DNA of 64,000 nucleotides. Source: Cyclobacteriaceae bacterium. GTDB lineage: Bacteria; Bacteroidota; Bacteroidia; Cytophagales; Cyclobacteriaceae. This document shows, in pieces, positions 50,203 to 58,424 of this stretch. The stretch spans positions 1,295-65,294 of the forward strand of contig JAWUWD010000107.1 of the NCBI GenBank assembly GCA_034112085.1. Reading direction: 5' to 3'. The translations under genes and the position numbers were made by a program. Numbering within the stretch: position 1 is the first letter of the stretch; each line of letters begins with the position of its first letter. A model generated the notes under the pieces. The model saw only the letters and a program-made list of their open reading frames with translations. It had not been told where the DNA came from and did not search any database.

Positions 50203-53169
50203 ATGAATTTTCAAAAAATAAATAATCTTACCGGCTGGATAGTTTTTGGCATTGCCACCATAACCTACATGCTTACTCTGGAGATGACTGCTAGTTATTG
50301 GGACTGTGGTGAGTTCATTGCGGTATCTTACAAACTAATGGTTCCACACCCTCCTGGAGCACCTTTCTTCCTGCTTCTAGGGCGTATGTTTTCTTTCTTA
50401 GCACTGGGGAATGTTGAAAGCGTTGCTTACTGGATCAATATGGTCAGTGTATTGGCTAGTAGCTTTTCAATTTTATTTCTTTTCTGGACGATTGTACTGC
50501 TCGGAAAAAAATTACTAAAAGTAGCTTCTCTAAAAGACATTACTGAAACACAAACATTCTTATTGATGGGAGCCGGAGCAGTTGGTGCATTGGCTTATAC
50601 ATTTTCTGATACCTTCTGGTTCTCGGCAGTCGAAGCTGAAGTGTATGCCATGTCTTCTTTCTTTACCGCTTTTGTGTTTTGGGCAATCCTCAAATGGGAG
50701 CTTATCGAAAATGATGGTCGAGCAAATCGGTGGTTGATATTAATTGCCTACATGGTGGGTCTATCCATAGGTGTTCACTTACTCAACTTGGTGACGATAC
50801 CAGCATTAGGGCTTATTTACTACTTCAAAAAACATAAAGTAACTAAATGGGGCTTAGTTGCGACCATGGCAGTTAGTGGTTTGATTGTTATTTTAATTAA
50901 TAACATCATCATACCTGGTCTGCCATCATTGGCAGCGTCATTTGATATTTTCTTTGTCAATAATCTTGGAATGCCATTTGGTTCTGGTGTTATAGTTTGT
51001 GTTCTCTTGGTGATTGTGCCATTAGTCTACGGAATATATTACTCAATCCAGAAGCAAAAAGAATTGCTGAATACCGCCCTTCTTAGTTTAGCATTTATTC
51101 TCATAGGTTATTCGTCTTATACGCTTGTGGTAATACGATCGAACTTTGATCCTCCAATTGATGAAAACAATCCTGAGGACATCATGAGCTTTGTGAAATA
51201 TTTGAAACGTGAGCAGTATGGCAATAGACCATTACTTTACGGGCAATATTTCACAGCCGAGGTGACTGGACAGAAAAAAGGAGAGGTAGTTTACACCAAG
51301 GGAAAAGATAAATACGAAATCACTGATCGCAAATTTTCATACGAATACGATAGTAAACAAACTACTCCGTTTCCAAGGATCTACAGTACTTCTCCAGCAC
51401 ATCAAAAGCGCTATCGAGAAATCCTTGGCCTAAAAGAAGGCGAGGTCCCAAATATCATAGACAACTTCCACTTTATGTTCAAACATCAATTGGGATGGAT
51501 GTATATGCGCTATTTCATGTGGAATTTTGCTGGCCGAGAAAGCGATATTCAAGATGCCGATTGGATGTCTCCATTAGATGCATTCAAAGAAGTTCCTGAT
51601 GCTATCAGCAGCAATAAAGGACGTAACAACTATTTCATGATTCCTTTAATGCTTGGATTAATTGGCCTATTTTTCAATTACAAACAGGACAAAAAGACAT
51701 TTGCCGTTACTGGAATGCTATTCTTCCTTACTGGAATGGCCTTGATTCTATATCTCAACTCACCTCCTACTGAACCTAGAGAACGGGACTACATCTATGT
51801 AGGATCATATTATGCCTTTGCGATATGGATTGGTTTTGGAATTATCGCGATTGGTAATGGGTTGGCTAGAATTATGAGTAATAAAAAAATTGCCTTTGCC
51901 ATAGCTATCGCTATTGGTCTAATGGCTCCTGCGATAATGGCTGCTGAAGGCTGGGATGATCATGACAGATCAAATAGATACTTCTCTGTTGACTCTGCTA
52001 AGAACTTCTTATCCTCATGTGCTCCCAACTCGATAATATTCACTGGTGGAGATAACGATACCTTCCCGTTGTGGTATGTTCAGGATGTGGAAGGATTCCG
52101 TACCGACATGCGTGTGCTGGTGCTGAGTTATTCGAATACGGATTGGTACATCGAGCAGATGATGGACAAGCACTATGAGTCTGAGCCAATTCCGCTTTCG
52201 TTGACATTGAAAAATTATCAGCAAGGTGGGCCGAATGACTATCTTCCATATCATGATGTACTAAATGTAAAAGGTGCTTTAGATCTCAAGCAATATTTAC
52301 AATTGGTGAAAAATGAACACAAAGGGATTCGCGGTGGGCAATCTTATAATTTACTACCAAGTAAAACACTGGCACTTAGTGTTGATAAAAATGCGGTACT
52401 TAAAAGCGGTATAATTCCTAAGGGAATGGACAGCTTGGTAGTAGATCAAATGGTCATTAGTTTAAAAGGTAGCGGTTTAGAAAAGAAGGACCTTATGATA
52501 TTGGATTTGATCGTATCCAACAACTGGGAACGCCCTATCTACTTCAATAACACCTCTATGAGCCAAGTGAATCTTGACCTATCTCCATATGTGGTACAAG
52601 AAGGTAACGCCTATCGTCTGCTGCCTGTTCGCAATCCAAAACCTGCAAGAGGAGAATACTTAGTTGATACAGACAAAATGTATGACAATGTGATGAACAA
52701 GTTTCAGTTTAGGGAATTGGACAATCCAGAAGTGTATTATAATGAGGACTATCGCAATTTCGTAGTCAATCATCGTTCGACACTTAACACGTTGGCAGAA
52801 GCGTTGTTAGATGAAGGTAAAGAAGACAAAGCCAAAGAAGTATTGCTATATAGCTTGAGCAGTATGACCAATGAAGCTATTCCTTATGACTACACTAGCA
52901 ATCAAACTATGTCAATGCTTTTCCAAGTTGGAGAAAAGGACAAGGCTATTGAAATCGCCAAAATACTTGGTGATCGAGCTGACAGCTTATTGGAATATTA
53001 CATAGAGAATGACATTCAATTGGGATATGAACTTCAACGAAATGTCATTATCCTAAATGACCTCCAAAGAACACTCAAAAGGTATGGTGAAACTGAATTA
53101 GCCACGAAATATGAAACTGCGCTTGACAAACACTATGGAGCTTTAGAGATGTTCGGTGGTAATAGATAA
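50203..53169 (+). CDS. DUF2723-family polytopic membrane protein (glycosyltransferase-like)
   Basis: The N-terminal motif SYWDCGEFIAVSYKLMVPHPPGAPFFLLLGRMF is recalled as the DUF2723 signature. It has more than 10 TM helices and a large soluble C-terminal domain. Confidence 0.72.
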   Translation: MNFQKINNLTGWIVFGIATITYMLTLEMTASYWDCGEFIAVSYKLMVPHPPGAPFFLLLGRMFSFLALGNVESVAYWINMVSVLASSFSILFLFWTIVLLGKKLLKVASLKDITETQTFLLMGAGAVGALAYTFSDTFWFSAVEAEVYAMSSFFTAFVFWAILKWELIENDGRANRWLILIAYMVGLSIGVHLLNLVTIPALGLIYYFKKHKVTKWGLVATMAVSGLIVILINNIIIPGLPSLAASFDIFFVNNLGMPFGSGVIVCVLLVIVPLVYGIYYSIQKQKELLNTALLSLAFILIGYSSYTLVVIRSNFDPPIDENNPEDIMSFVKYLKREQYGNRPLLYGQYFTAEVTGQKKGEVVYTKGKDKYEITDRKFSYEYDSKQTTPFPRIYSTSPAHQKRYREILGLKEGEVPNIIDNFHFMFKHQLGWMYMRYFMWNFAGRESDIQDADWMSPLDAFKEVPDAISSNKGRNNYFMIPLMLGLIGLFFNYKQDKKTFAVTGMLFFLTGMALILYLNSPPTEPRERDYIYVGSYYAFAIWIGFGIIAIGNGLARIMSNKKIAFAIAIAIGLMAPAIMAAEGWDDHDRSNRYFSVDSAKNFLSSCAPNSIIFTGGDNDTFPLWYVQDVEGFRTDMRVLVLSYSNTDWYIEQMMDKHYESEPIPLSLTLKNYQQGGPNDYLPYHDVLNVKGALDLKQYLQLVKNEHKGIRGGQSYNLLPSKTLALSVDKNAVLKSGIIPKGMDSLVVDQMVISLKGSGLEKKDLMILDLIVSNNWERPIYFNNTSMSQVNLDLSPYVVQEGNAYRLLPVRNPKPARGEYLVDTDKMYDNVMNKFQFRELDNPEVYYNEDYRNFVVNHRSTLNTLAEALLDEGKEDKAKEVLLYSLSSMTNEAIPYDYTSNQTMSMLFQVGEKDKAIEIAKILGDRADSLLEYYIENDIQLGYELQRNVIILNDLQRTLKRYGETELATKYETALDKHYGALEMFGGNR

Positions 53170-53195
53170 TACTTCCTTCAATAAACGATAAATAG

Positions 53196-53227
53196 AAAAG
53201 GGAGTGCAGATTGCACTCCCTTTTTTA
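53196..53227. terminator. bidirectional terminator between the DUF2723 gene and the convergent response-regulator gene
   Basis: AAAA-GGGAGTGCA-gat-TGCACTCCC-TTTTTT. Confidence 0.75.
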
Positions 53228-53228
53228 T

Positions 53229-53918
53229 TTATTTGTCCGTTGACAATTTAAATCCTACCCCATGATGATTTATTATTTCAATACTACTGTCTGGCCGGAG
53301 ATACTTTCTCAACCTTGAAATGAACACATCCAAGCTTCTACCTAGGAAATAGTCGTTCTGACCCCATATCTTCTCAAGAATAAATTCTCTTTTTACCACG
53401 GTGTTCTTTTGTTGACAGAACAGTTCTAAAAGTAACGCCTCTCGCTCTGTTAGAGATTGCTCTTCAAGCCCCTGTTGAAGCAAATAATTATCCATATCTA
53501 AGACGAAATTTCCCAATTCATAAACCCGCTTTAGTGGCTCCACTTTCTGTGTCCGTCTTAAAAAGACGGAAATTCGTAATAGTAACTCATCCATATCAAA
53601 TGGTTTAGCCACATAATCATCAGCTCCATATCGAAATCCAGCTAGAACATCTTCTTTCATGGTTTTTGCTGTAAGCATAATGACAGGAGTATCATAATCA
53701 CCATTGCGCACTTCTTGCAGCAGACTGAAACCATCCATTTTGGGTAACATTACATCAAATACGCAGATATCAAACTCTACGTTCTGAAAGTTCTCCCATC
53801 CACTCAGTCCATCTTTGCTCCATACTACTTGATAACCAGATTCTTCTAGGTTATCCTTAATTACAAACCCCAAATTCTCATCATCTTCTACAAGCAATAT
53901 TTTAGATTTGTTATCCAT
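53229..53918 (-). CDS. OmpR-type response regulator
   Basis: Receiver domain (ILLVEDDENL, DVMLPKMDG, KP) and a winged-helix C-terminus (LTEREALLLELF, VGFKL). Confidence 0.9.
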   Translation of the reverse strand: MDNKSKILLVEDDENLGFVIKDNLEESGYQVVWSKDGLSGWENFQNVEFDICVFDVMLPKMDGFSLLQEVRNGDYDTPVIMLTAKTMKEDVLAGFRYGADDYVAKPFDMDELLLRISVFLRRTQKVEPLKRVYELGNFVLDMDNYLLQQGLEEQSLTEREALLLELFCQQKNTVVKREFILEKIWGQNDYFLGRSLDVFISRLRKYLRPDSSIEIINHHGVGFKLSTDK

Positions 53919-53922
53919 AGAT

Positions 53923-55200
53923 TTAAGCTAGTGGTATTTTGATATAAAAACATGCGCCTTTACCGTCTGAAGTTAATTTAACCTCTCCTTTGTGTGCATT
54001 GATTATATATTTCACATAATACAATCCTAGTCCAAAGCCTTTCACGTCATGGACATCTCCAGTTGATACTCGATAAAATTTATTAAAAACTTTCTTTTGC
54101 TCATCTTTTGAAATACCGATACCATTATCGCATATAGTAATTTTTAGACAACCATTTTCGTTCGAAGTGGTGATATTGATCTTTGGAGGCTGATCAGTAT
54201 ACTTTATTGCGTTATCTATAAGATTCTGAAACACATTAGATAAGTGCAGGCTATCTACTAACAATTTAGAATTCTCTGCCTTGCTGTTTACGATGAGTTT
54301 CCCACCGTTTTCTTGCATCACTGCATCAAATGACTTAGCCACTTGATCGATCAGTAAGTGTACATCTAAGCACTCCAAGTTTAGATGCTTAACTGTATGA
54401 CTCACCGTAGCAGCTTTTAAGACTTCATCCACTTGGCTCTGGAGACGATCGCTTTCTTTTTGAATAATTGTTGCGTAATTAAGTAACCGCTGTGGTGTCT
54501 TAATGATATCTGGATTCTGAATCACTCCTGCAGAGATATTAATGGTAGAAATAGGAGTCTTAAATTCATGAGTCATATTATTGATGAAATCTCTCTGGAC
54601 TTCAGACAATCTTCGCTGTCTCAATATGACAAACAGCGTATATCCAAAGAAAACCGTAACCAAGAGAAGAACTAATGAAGAGTAAATCCATACACCCATT
54701 CGATTAATGATTTGCGTGTTTTTACCAGGGAAGTACACTCCAAAATAGTAATCTTGATTTGATGACTTAGCCAAAGTGGTGTTTTGAATTGCAGCGTCAT
54801 TATCCTCCAAATGATTTACATAATTGCAATAGACCATTTGATCAGTATTACAATTATATATTCCATATTCGAAATCAGATATAATATCTCGTTGAGCCAG
54901 TGCAGACTTCACCATCTCCTCCAAAGAAGATACATTGAATTCACGAGAAAGATTGACAATGAAATAATTTCCAGCAACCTGCTCAACAGGGCTCTTTACT
55001 GGTATAGCTTTGTTATTTTGAGCAAACAACTCTTGAGCCACATTGAAAAGTGCAGACCTTGCATCACGATCGAATTGGTCCTGTTGAAGATCAAATGCCT
55101 TCCTTACCCAATATATTTGCGTAGAAGTAATGCCTACGATAGAGAGTGTAGCAAGTATGACAAGGAGACGTAGAGATTTATTAGATAGCATGGCCCACAA
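53923..55200 (-). CDS. sensor histidine kinase
   Basis: Two TM helices, H-box FINNMTHEFKTPIS, N-box NLIDNAIKYT, and DNGIGI / GFGLGLYYVK. Confidence 0.88.
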   Translation of the reverse strand: MWAMLSNKSLRLLVILATLSIVGITSTQIYWVRKAFDLQQDQFDRDARSALFNVAQELFAQNNKAIPVKSPVEQVAGNYFIVNLSREFNVSSLEEMVKSALAQRDIISDFEYGIYNCNTDQMVYCNYVNHLEDNDAAIQNTTLAKSSNQDYYFGVYFPGKNTQIINRMGVWIYSSLVLLLVTVFFGYTLFVILRQRRLSEVQRDFINNMTHEFKTPISTINISAGVIQNPDIIKTPQRLLNYATIIQKESDRLQSQVDEVLKAATVSHTVKHLNLECLDVHLLIDQVAKSFDAVMQENGGKLIVNSKAENSKLLVDSLHLSNVFQNLIDNAIKYTDQPPKINITTSNENGCLKITICDNGIGISKDEQKKVFNKFYRVSTGDVHDVKGFGLGLYYVKYIINAHKGEVKLTSDGKGACFYIKIPLA

Positions 55201-55247
55201 TTTATGAATAATAATTGTGGGCGACTACTCATTAACATGGAATGTAT

Positions 55248-55320
55248 TAATAAAGATTGGACAGCTTAGGTAATAAAGTTTGGACAAAATATCAGAATAT
55301 TTGATAATAAAGTTTGGACA
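55248..55320. repeat. three direct copies of TAATAAAG(A/T)TTGGACA in the kinase/regulator upstream region
   Basis: Copies lie at 55248-55263, 55271-55286 and 55305-55320. The last two are identical and the first differs at one base. They sit 48-120 nt upstream of the kinase ATG at 55200. Confidence 0.7.
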
Positions 55321-55348
55321 AAAAAATTTCAATTAAGATAATCTGTAT

Positions 55349-56127
55349 GGTTCTGTCGCATTAATATGATGAAAACAGAATTGTGATAGAATTGCCGATT
55401 ATGATTTACAAACACCATCGTTATCCTAAGGCTATCATTCTTCACGCAGTTTATTTTAAATTGAGATTTACTTTGAGTTATCGAGATGTGGAAGAATTAC
55501 TCAAGATACGTGGTGTCAAAGTAGATCACTCCACCATTCAAAGATGGGTTTTCAAGTTTTCATCTTTAGTTGAAGCGAATATGCACAAACGTAACAAACA
55601 GGTTTCTGAAAGTTGGCGGATGGACGAGACCTATATCAAAGTAGGAGGTAAGGATAGGCATCTTTACCGAGCAGTAGATAAGCAGGGCAATACAGTTGAT
55701 TCCCTTTTGACTAAACGAAGGAAGAAAGGGTCCGCACAGAAGTTCTTGAATAAAGCTATAGGACATAATGGCAAACCAAGGATCATAAATATTGATAAAA
55801 GTGGAGCCAATATAGCAGGAATCCGAATAGTGAACAAACGAAACTTAACCACCAAAAAGATAAAGATTAGGCGAGTGAAGTACTTGAATAATATAGTTGA
55901 GCAAGACCATCGAAATATAAAGAGGCGGATAGTCATCACGACCGGATTTAAGGAATTTGAATCCGCCCAGAGGACATTGGCAGGCATAGAAATCATCAAC
56001 ATGATCAGAAAGAATCAAATACAGAATCCAAGATCAAACTGGTATGCAACATCTAAGTCTTTAGCAGTATAAGAAAATGTAAAATTTCTCTTGATTTGAA
56101 ATCAAAGCGGATTAATGCGACAGAACC
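55349..56127 (+). mobile_element. IS6-family insertion sequence, complete (779 bp)
   Basis: Perfect 17-bp terminal inverted repeats, GGTTCTGTCGCATTAAT (55349-55365) and ATTAATGCGACAGAACC (56111-56127), bracket a single DDE transposase gene. The GGTTCTGT terminus is typical of IS6/IS26/IS257 relatives. Confidence 0.87.
55401..56072 (+). CDS. IS6-family DDE transposase
   Basis: An HTH region (SYRDVEELLKIRGVKVDHSTIQRWV) and the DDE triad contexts WRMDETYIKV, INIDKSGAN and NNIVEQDHRNIKRR. I prefer the ATG at 55401 over the GTG at 55383. Confidence 0.88.
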   Translation: MIYKHHRYPKAIILHAVYFKLRFTLSYRDVEELLKIRGVKVDHSTIQRWVFKFSSLVEANMHKRNKQVSESWRMDETYIKVGGKDRHLYRAVDKQGNTVDSLLTKRRKKGSAQKFLNKAIGHNGKPRIINIDKSGANIAGIRIVNKRNLTTKKIKIRRVKYLNNIVEQDHRNIKRRIVITTGFKEFESAQRTLAGIEIINMIRKNQIQNPRSNWYATSKSLAV

Positions 56128-56187
56128 CCCTTGTAAGGTCTTATTAGGAATGGTGAAAATCAGAAAAAGAAAATGACCAATATTGAA

Positions 56188-56508
56188 TTATTGGGCAAAA
56201 TCTTTTAGAGTTACTTGTTTACGATATCCTCCCTTCTTTGCTACTGGCGATTTTTTATCTTGCTTTGCTATTTGCGATTTTTCCTCTTGGTCGGGTTGAT
56301 CTACACCTTTATATAACTTATCAAAGTTACTTCGTATCCCACCCATAGATTTGTTGAATTCTTCTTTCAATGCTGTAGAGTATTGTCTGCCATCATCAAG
56401 TAATTTCTTTCTTATGGTCTTACTTTTCTTTGACTGGAGCATTATACCTAAGATAGTCCCGGTAGTAATTCCTGCCATCACGCCTATAATAATTTTTTTT
56501 ACGCTCAT
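56188..56508 (-). CDS. YtxH-domain membrane-anchored protein
   Basis: From the ATG at 56508: MSVKKIIIGVMAGITTGTILGIM..SKKSK.IRKKL, then a helical Lys/Glu-rich body. This is the typical YtxH layout. Confidence 0.68.
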   Translation of the reverse strand: MSVKKIIIGVMAGITTGTILGIMLQSKKSKTIRKKLLDDGRQYSTALKEEFNKSMGGIRSNFDKLYKGVDQPDQEEKSQIAKQDKKSPVAKKGGYRKQVTLKDFAQ

Positions 56509-56886
56509 AATTGTATTTGTTTCTATCGGTATATTTTCGCTACCAACGAGTTGATAAATCATATTTATCTGTATAGAACACCACTTAATTGGGTCTCATA
56601 AATCTTCTCAGTATGTCGAAGATTTATCGTACTCCTGCGAATTGGTTTCAGACCAATAATGGATGCTTCTTGCAGCTAAAGGTCATTATAATTGTTAACT
56701 AATGTGTTACACCGATTTGGATGTTACTTACATAATCCACTGATGAGTATCTAAGAGATTGCAGCAGGTGCATTCTGACTGATATTAATCGTTGATCACT
56801 AATATCAGTTGTCAAGGTCCAAATTAGGCAAATGAACAAATGGGAGTAAAAGGCTTACCATAATTAAATCGATGTTGTGTAATATA

Positions 56887-56926
56887 TAATCCCTACAACA
56901 TGATTATTTAATCCCTACAACATGAT
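56887..56926. repeat. tandem direct repeat, 2 copies of TAATCCCTACAACATGAT (22-bp period)
   Basis: Identical 18-mers at 56887-56904 and 56909-56926, 140 nt upstream of the lipoprotein ATG. Confidence 0.75.
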
Positions 56927-57065
56927 AAAGAGCAATAAATTAACTAAAGTAATTGATCTAACAAGTGATATATGTAACTCCCAGCAAGCTTGGTGTAACA
57001 TATATCATAAGTTACATTCCCATCTTTGGATTATATAAAATTTCAATCTTTAAACAAAAAACGAA

Positions 57066-57509
57066 ATGAAAAAATCATATACACTTCTTACTGTATTACT
57101 ATCAGCAATGTTTTTTGGTAACATGGGCTGCGTTTCGGGTTCTACCGAAAAAATGAAAAATGCAGTAGTTGAGACAGATGAAGTCGAGAAAAATGTGACC
57201 GAAGCGAAAATAGAATATCTAGCTGATATGGAAGACTATATGAAAGAGATCAACACTAAAATCTCGGAAAATCGACAAAGTATCACGGAATTCAAGGTCC
57301 GGGTATCCAATAGTAAAAAGGAGGGAAAAGTTGAATATGAGAAGAGAATAAATGACTTAGAGATGAAAAATAAGGACGTGAAAAGGAAAATGGACGAATA
57401 TAAGACCGAAAGCAAAGATAAATGGAGTGCGTTTAAGATTGAGTTTAGTCATGATATGGACGAACTTAGTAATGCCCTGAAGGATCTTACTGTCAATAGT
57501 ATGAAGTAA
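57066..57509 (+). CDS. small coiled-coil lipoprotein, function unknown
   Basis: Lipobox FFGNMGC and a Lys/Glu-rich helical body. No family recognised. Confidence 0.6.
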   Translation: MKKSYTLLTVLLSAMFFGNMGCVSGSTEKMKNAVVETDEVEKNVTEAKIEYLADMEDYMKEINTKISENRQSITEFKVRVSNSKKEGKVEYEKRINDLEMKNKDVKRKMDEYKTESKDKWSAFKIEFSHDMDELSNALKDLTVNSMK

Positions 57510-57577
57510 CTGAATTTGATTAAATGTAAAATGAATTATTTAATAGATAATTCACTTACACTTTCTTCAGTACAGTT

Positions 57578-57607
57578 GGGCCAGGCTATAATAAACCTGC
57601 CCTTTTC
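57578..57607 (+). terminator. rho-independent terminator after the lipoprotein gene
   Basis: GGGCCAGG-N10-CCTGCCC (one bulge) followed by TTTTC. Confidence 0.55.
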
Positions 57608-57848
57608 ATACTTTAAGTAGTTGGAGTGACTTACAGGAAGGAAGTTTTAATCATGAAATGAAGTTTGTCAAAAATGGCTTTCTAAATAAATAGCATAATT
57701 TATTGCTGTGCATATAGCCAACCAATCCAGAATCAGTGATTTATGTAACTAACGGACTTTATTGTGCAAGCATTTTGTTCTGACCTATATTTACCTTACA
57801 GATAATTCACTTAGCCAAAAACATACGTTGAAACTTTACATAAAATAC

Positions 57849-58418
57849 ATGGTAAGCGTCCGTTGTATAATGGCCGTGAAAGACATACTAAAGAATTTGA
57901 GACTTCATTTCATCGTTGTTGATCTCGGTGAGGTCGAAATCATGGAGGACCTTAATACTGATGTTCTAAATGAGCTCAGAAGTAGTCTTTTGGAAATAGG
58001 CTTAGAACTTATGGAAGATCAAAAGGCGATTTTGATTGAAAAAATAAAGAATGTTATTACTGAAATGATCCACAACTCTGATGAAGTTCCTAAAGTGAAT
58101 TACTCAGATTATATAAGTGAAAAGCTGGATTACGATTACAACTACTTATCGAACATTTTTACGGAAGTTAAAGGCATTACAATACAGCAGTTCATTATCG
58201 TTCATAAAATTGAGCGAATAAAGGAGTTGATAATTTATGATCAACTAAGTATATCTGAAATAGCCTGGAAAATGAGTTATAGTAGCGTTGCTCACTTGTC
58301 AAACCAGTTTAAAAAAATGACAGGCCTTACACCCACTCGTTATAAACAGCTGAAAAATAGGATTAGGCAACCGATAGAAGAAATCGGTAATGCGGCTTCT
58401 TCAAAACCCAAAAATTAA
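57849..58418 (+). CDS. AraC-family transcriptional regulator
   Basis: The C-terminal double HTH reads LSNIFTEVKGITIQQF and ISEIAWKMSYSSVAHLSNQFKKMTGLTPTRY. I prefer the ATG at 57849 over the GTG at 57762 used by the ORF track. Confidence 0.8.
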   Translation: MVSVRCIMAVKDILKNLRLHFIVVDLGEVEIMEDLNTDVLNELRSSLLEIGLELMEDQKAILIEKIKNVITEMIHNSDEVPKVNYSDYISEKLDYDYNYLSNIFTEVKGITIQQFIIVHKIERIKELIIYDQLSISEIAWKMSYSSVAHLSNQFKKMTGLTPTRYKQLKNRIRQPIEEIGNAASSKPKN

Positions 58419-58424
58419 TTGATA

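Noticed and set aside
52015-52254. Two overlapping antisense ORFs (79 and 69 aa) inside the DUF2723 gene.
   Set aside because: They coincide exactly with the GC-rich patch, which lowers stop-codon frequency. The translations are His/Arg/Pro-rich and not protein-like. The compositional patch itself is reported as a low-interest finding.
56887-56926. A possible CRISPR array or other multi-copy repeat array.
   Set aside because: There are only two 18-bp units with a 4-bp spacer. There are no cas genes and no further repeats. Nothing else in the window has repeat-spacer periodicity.
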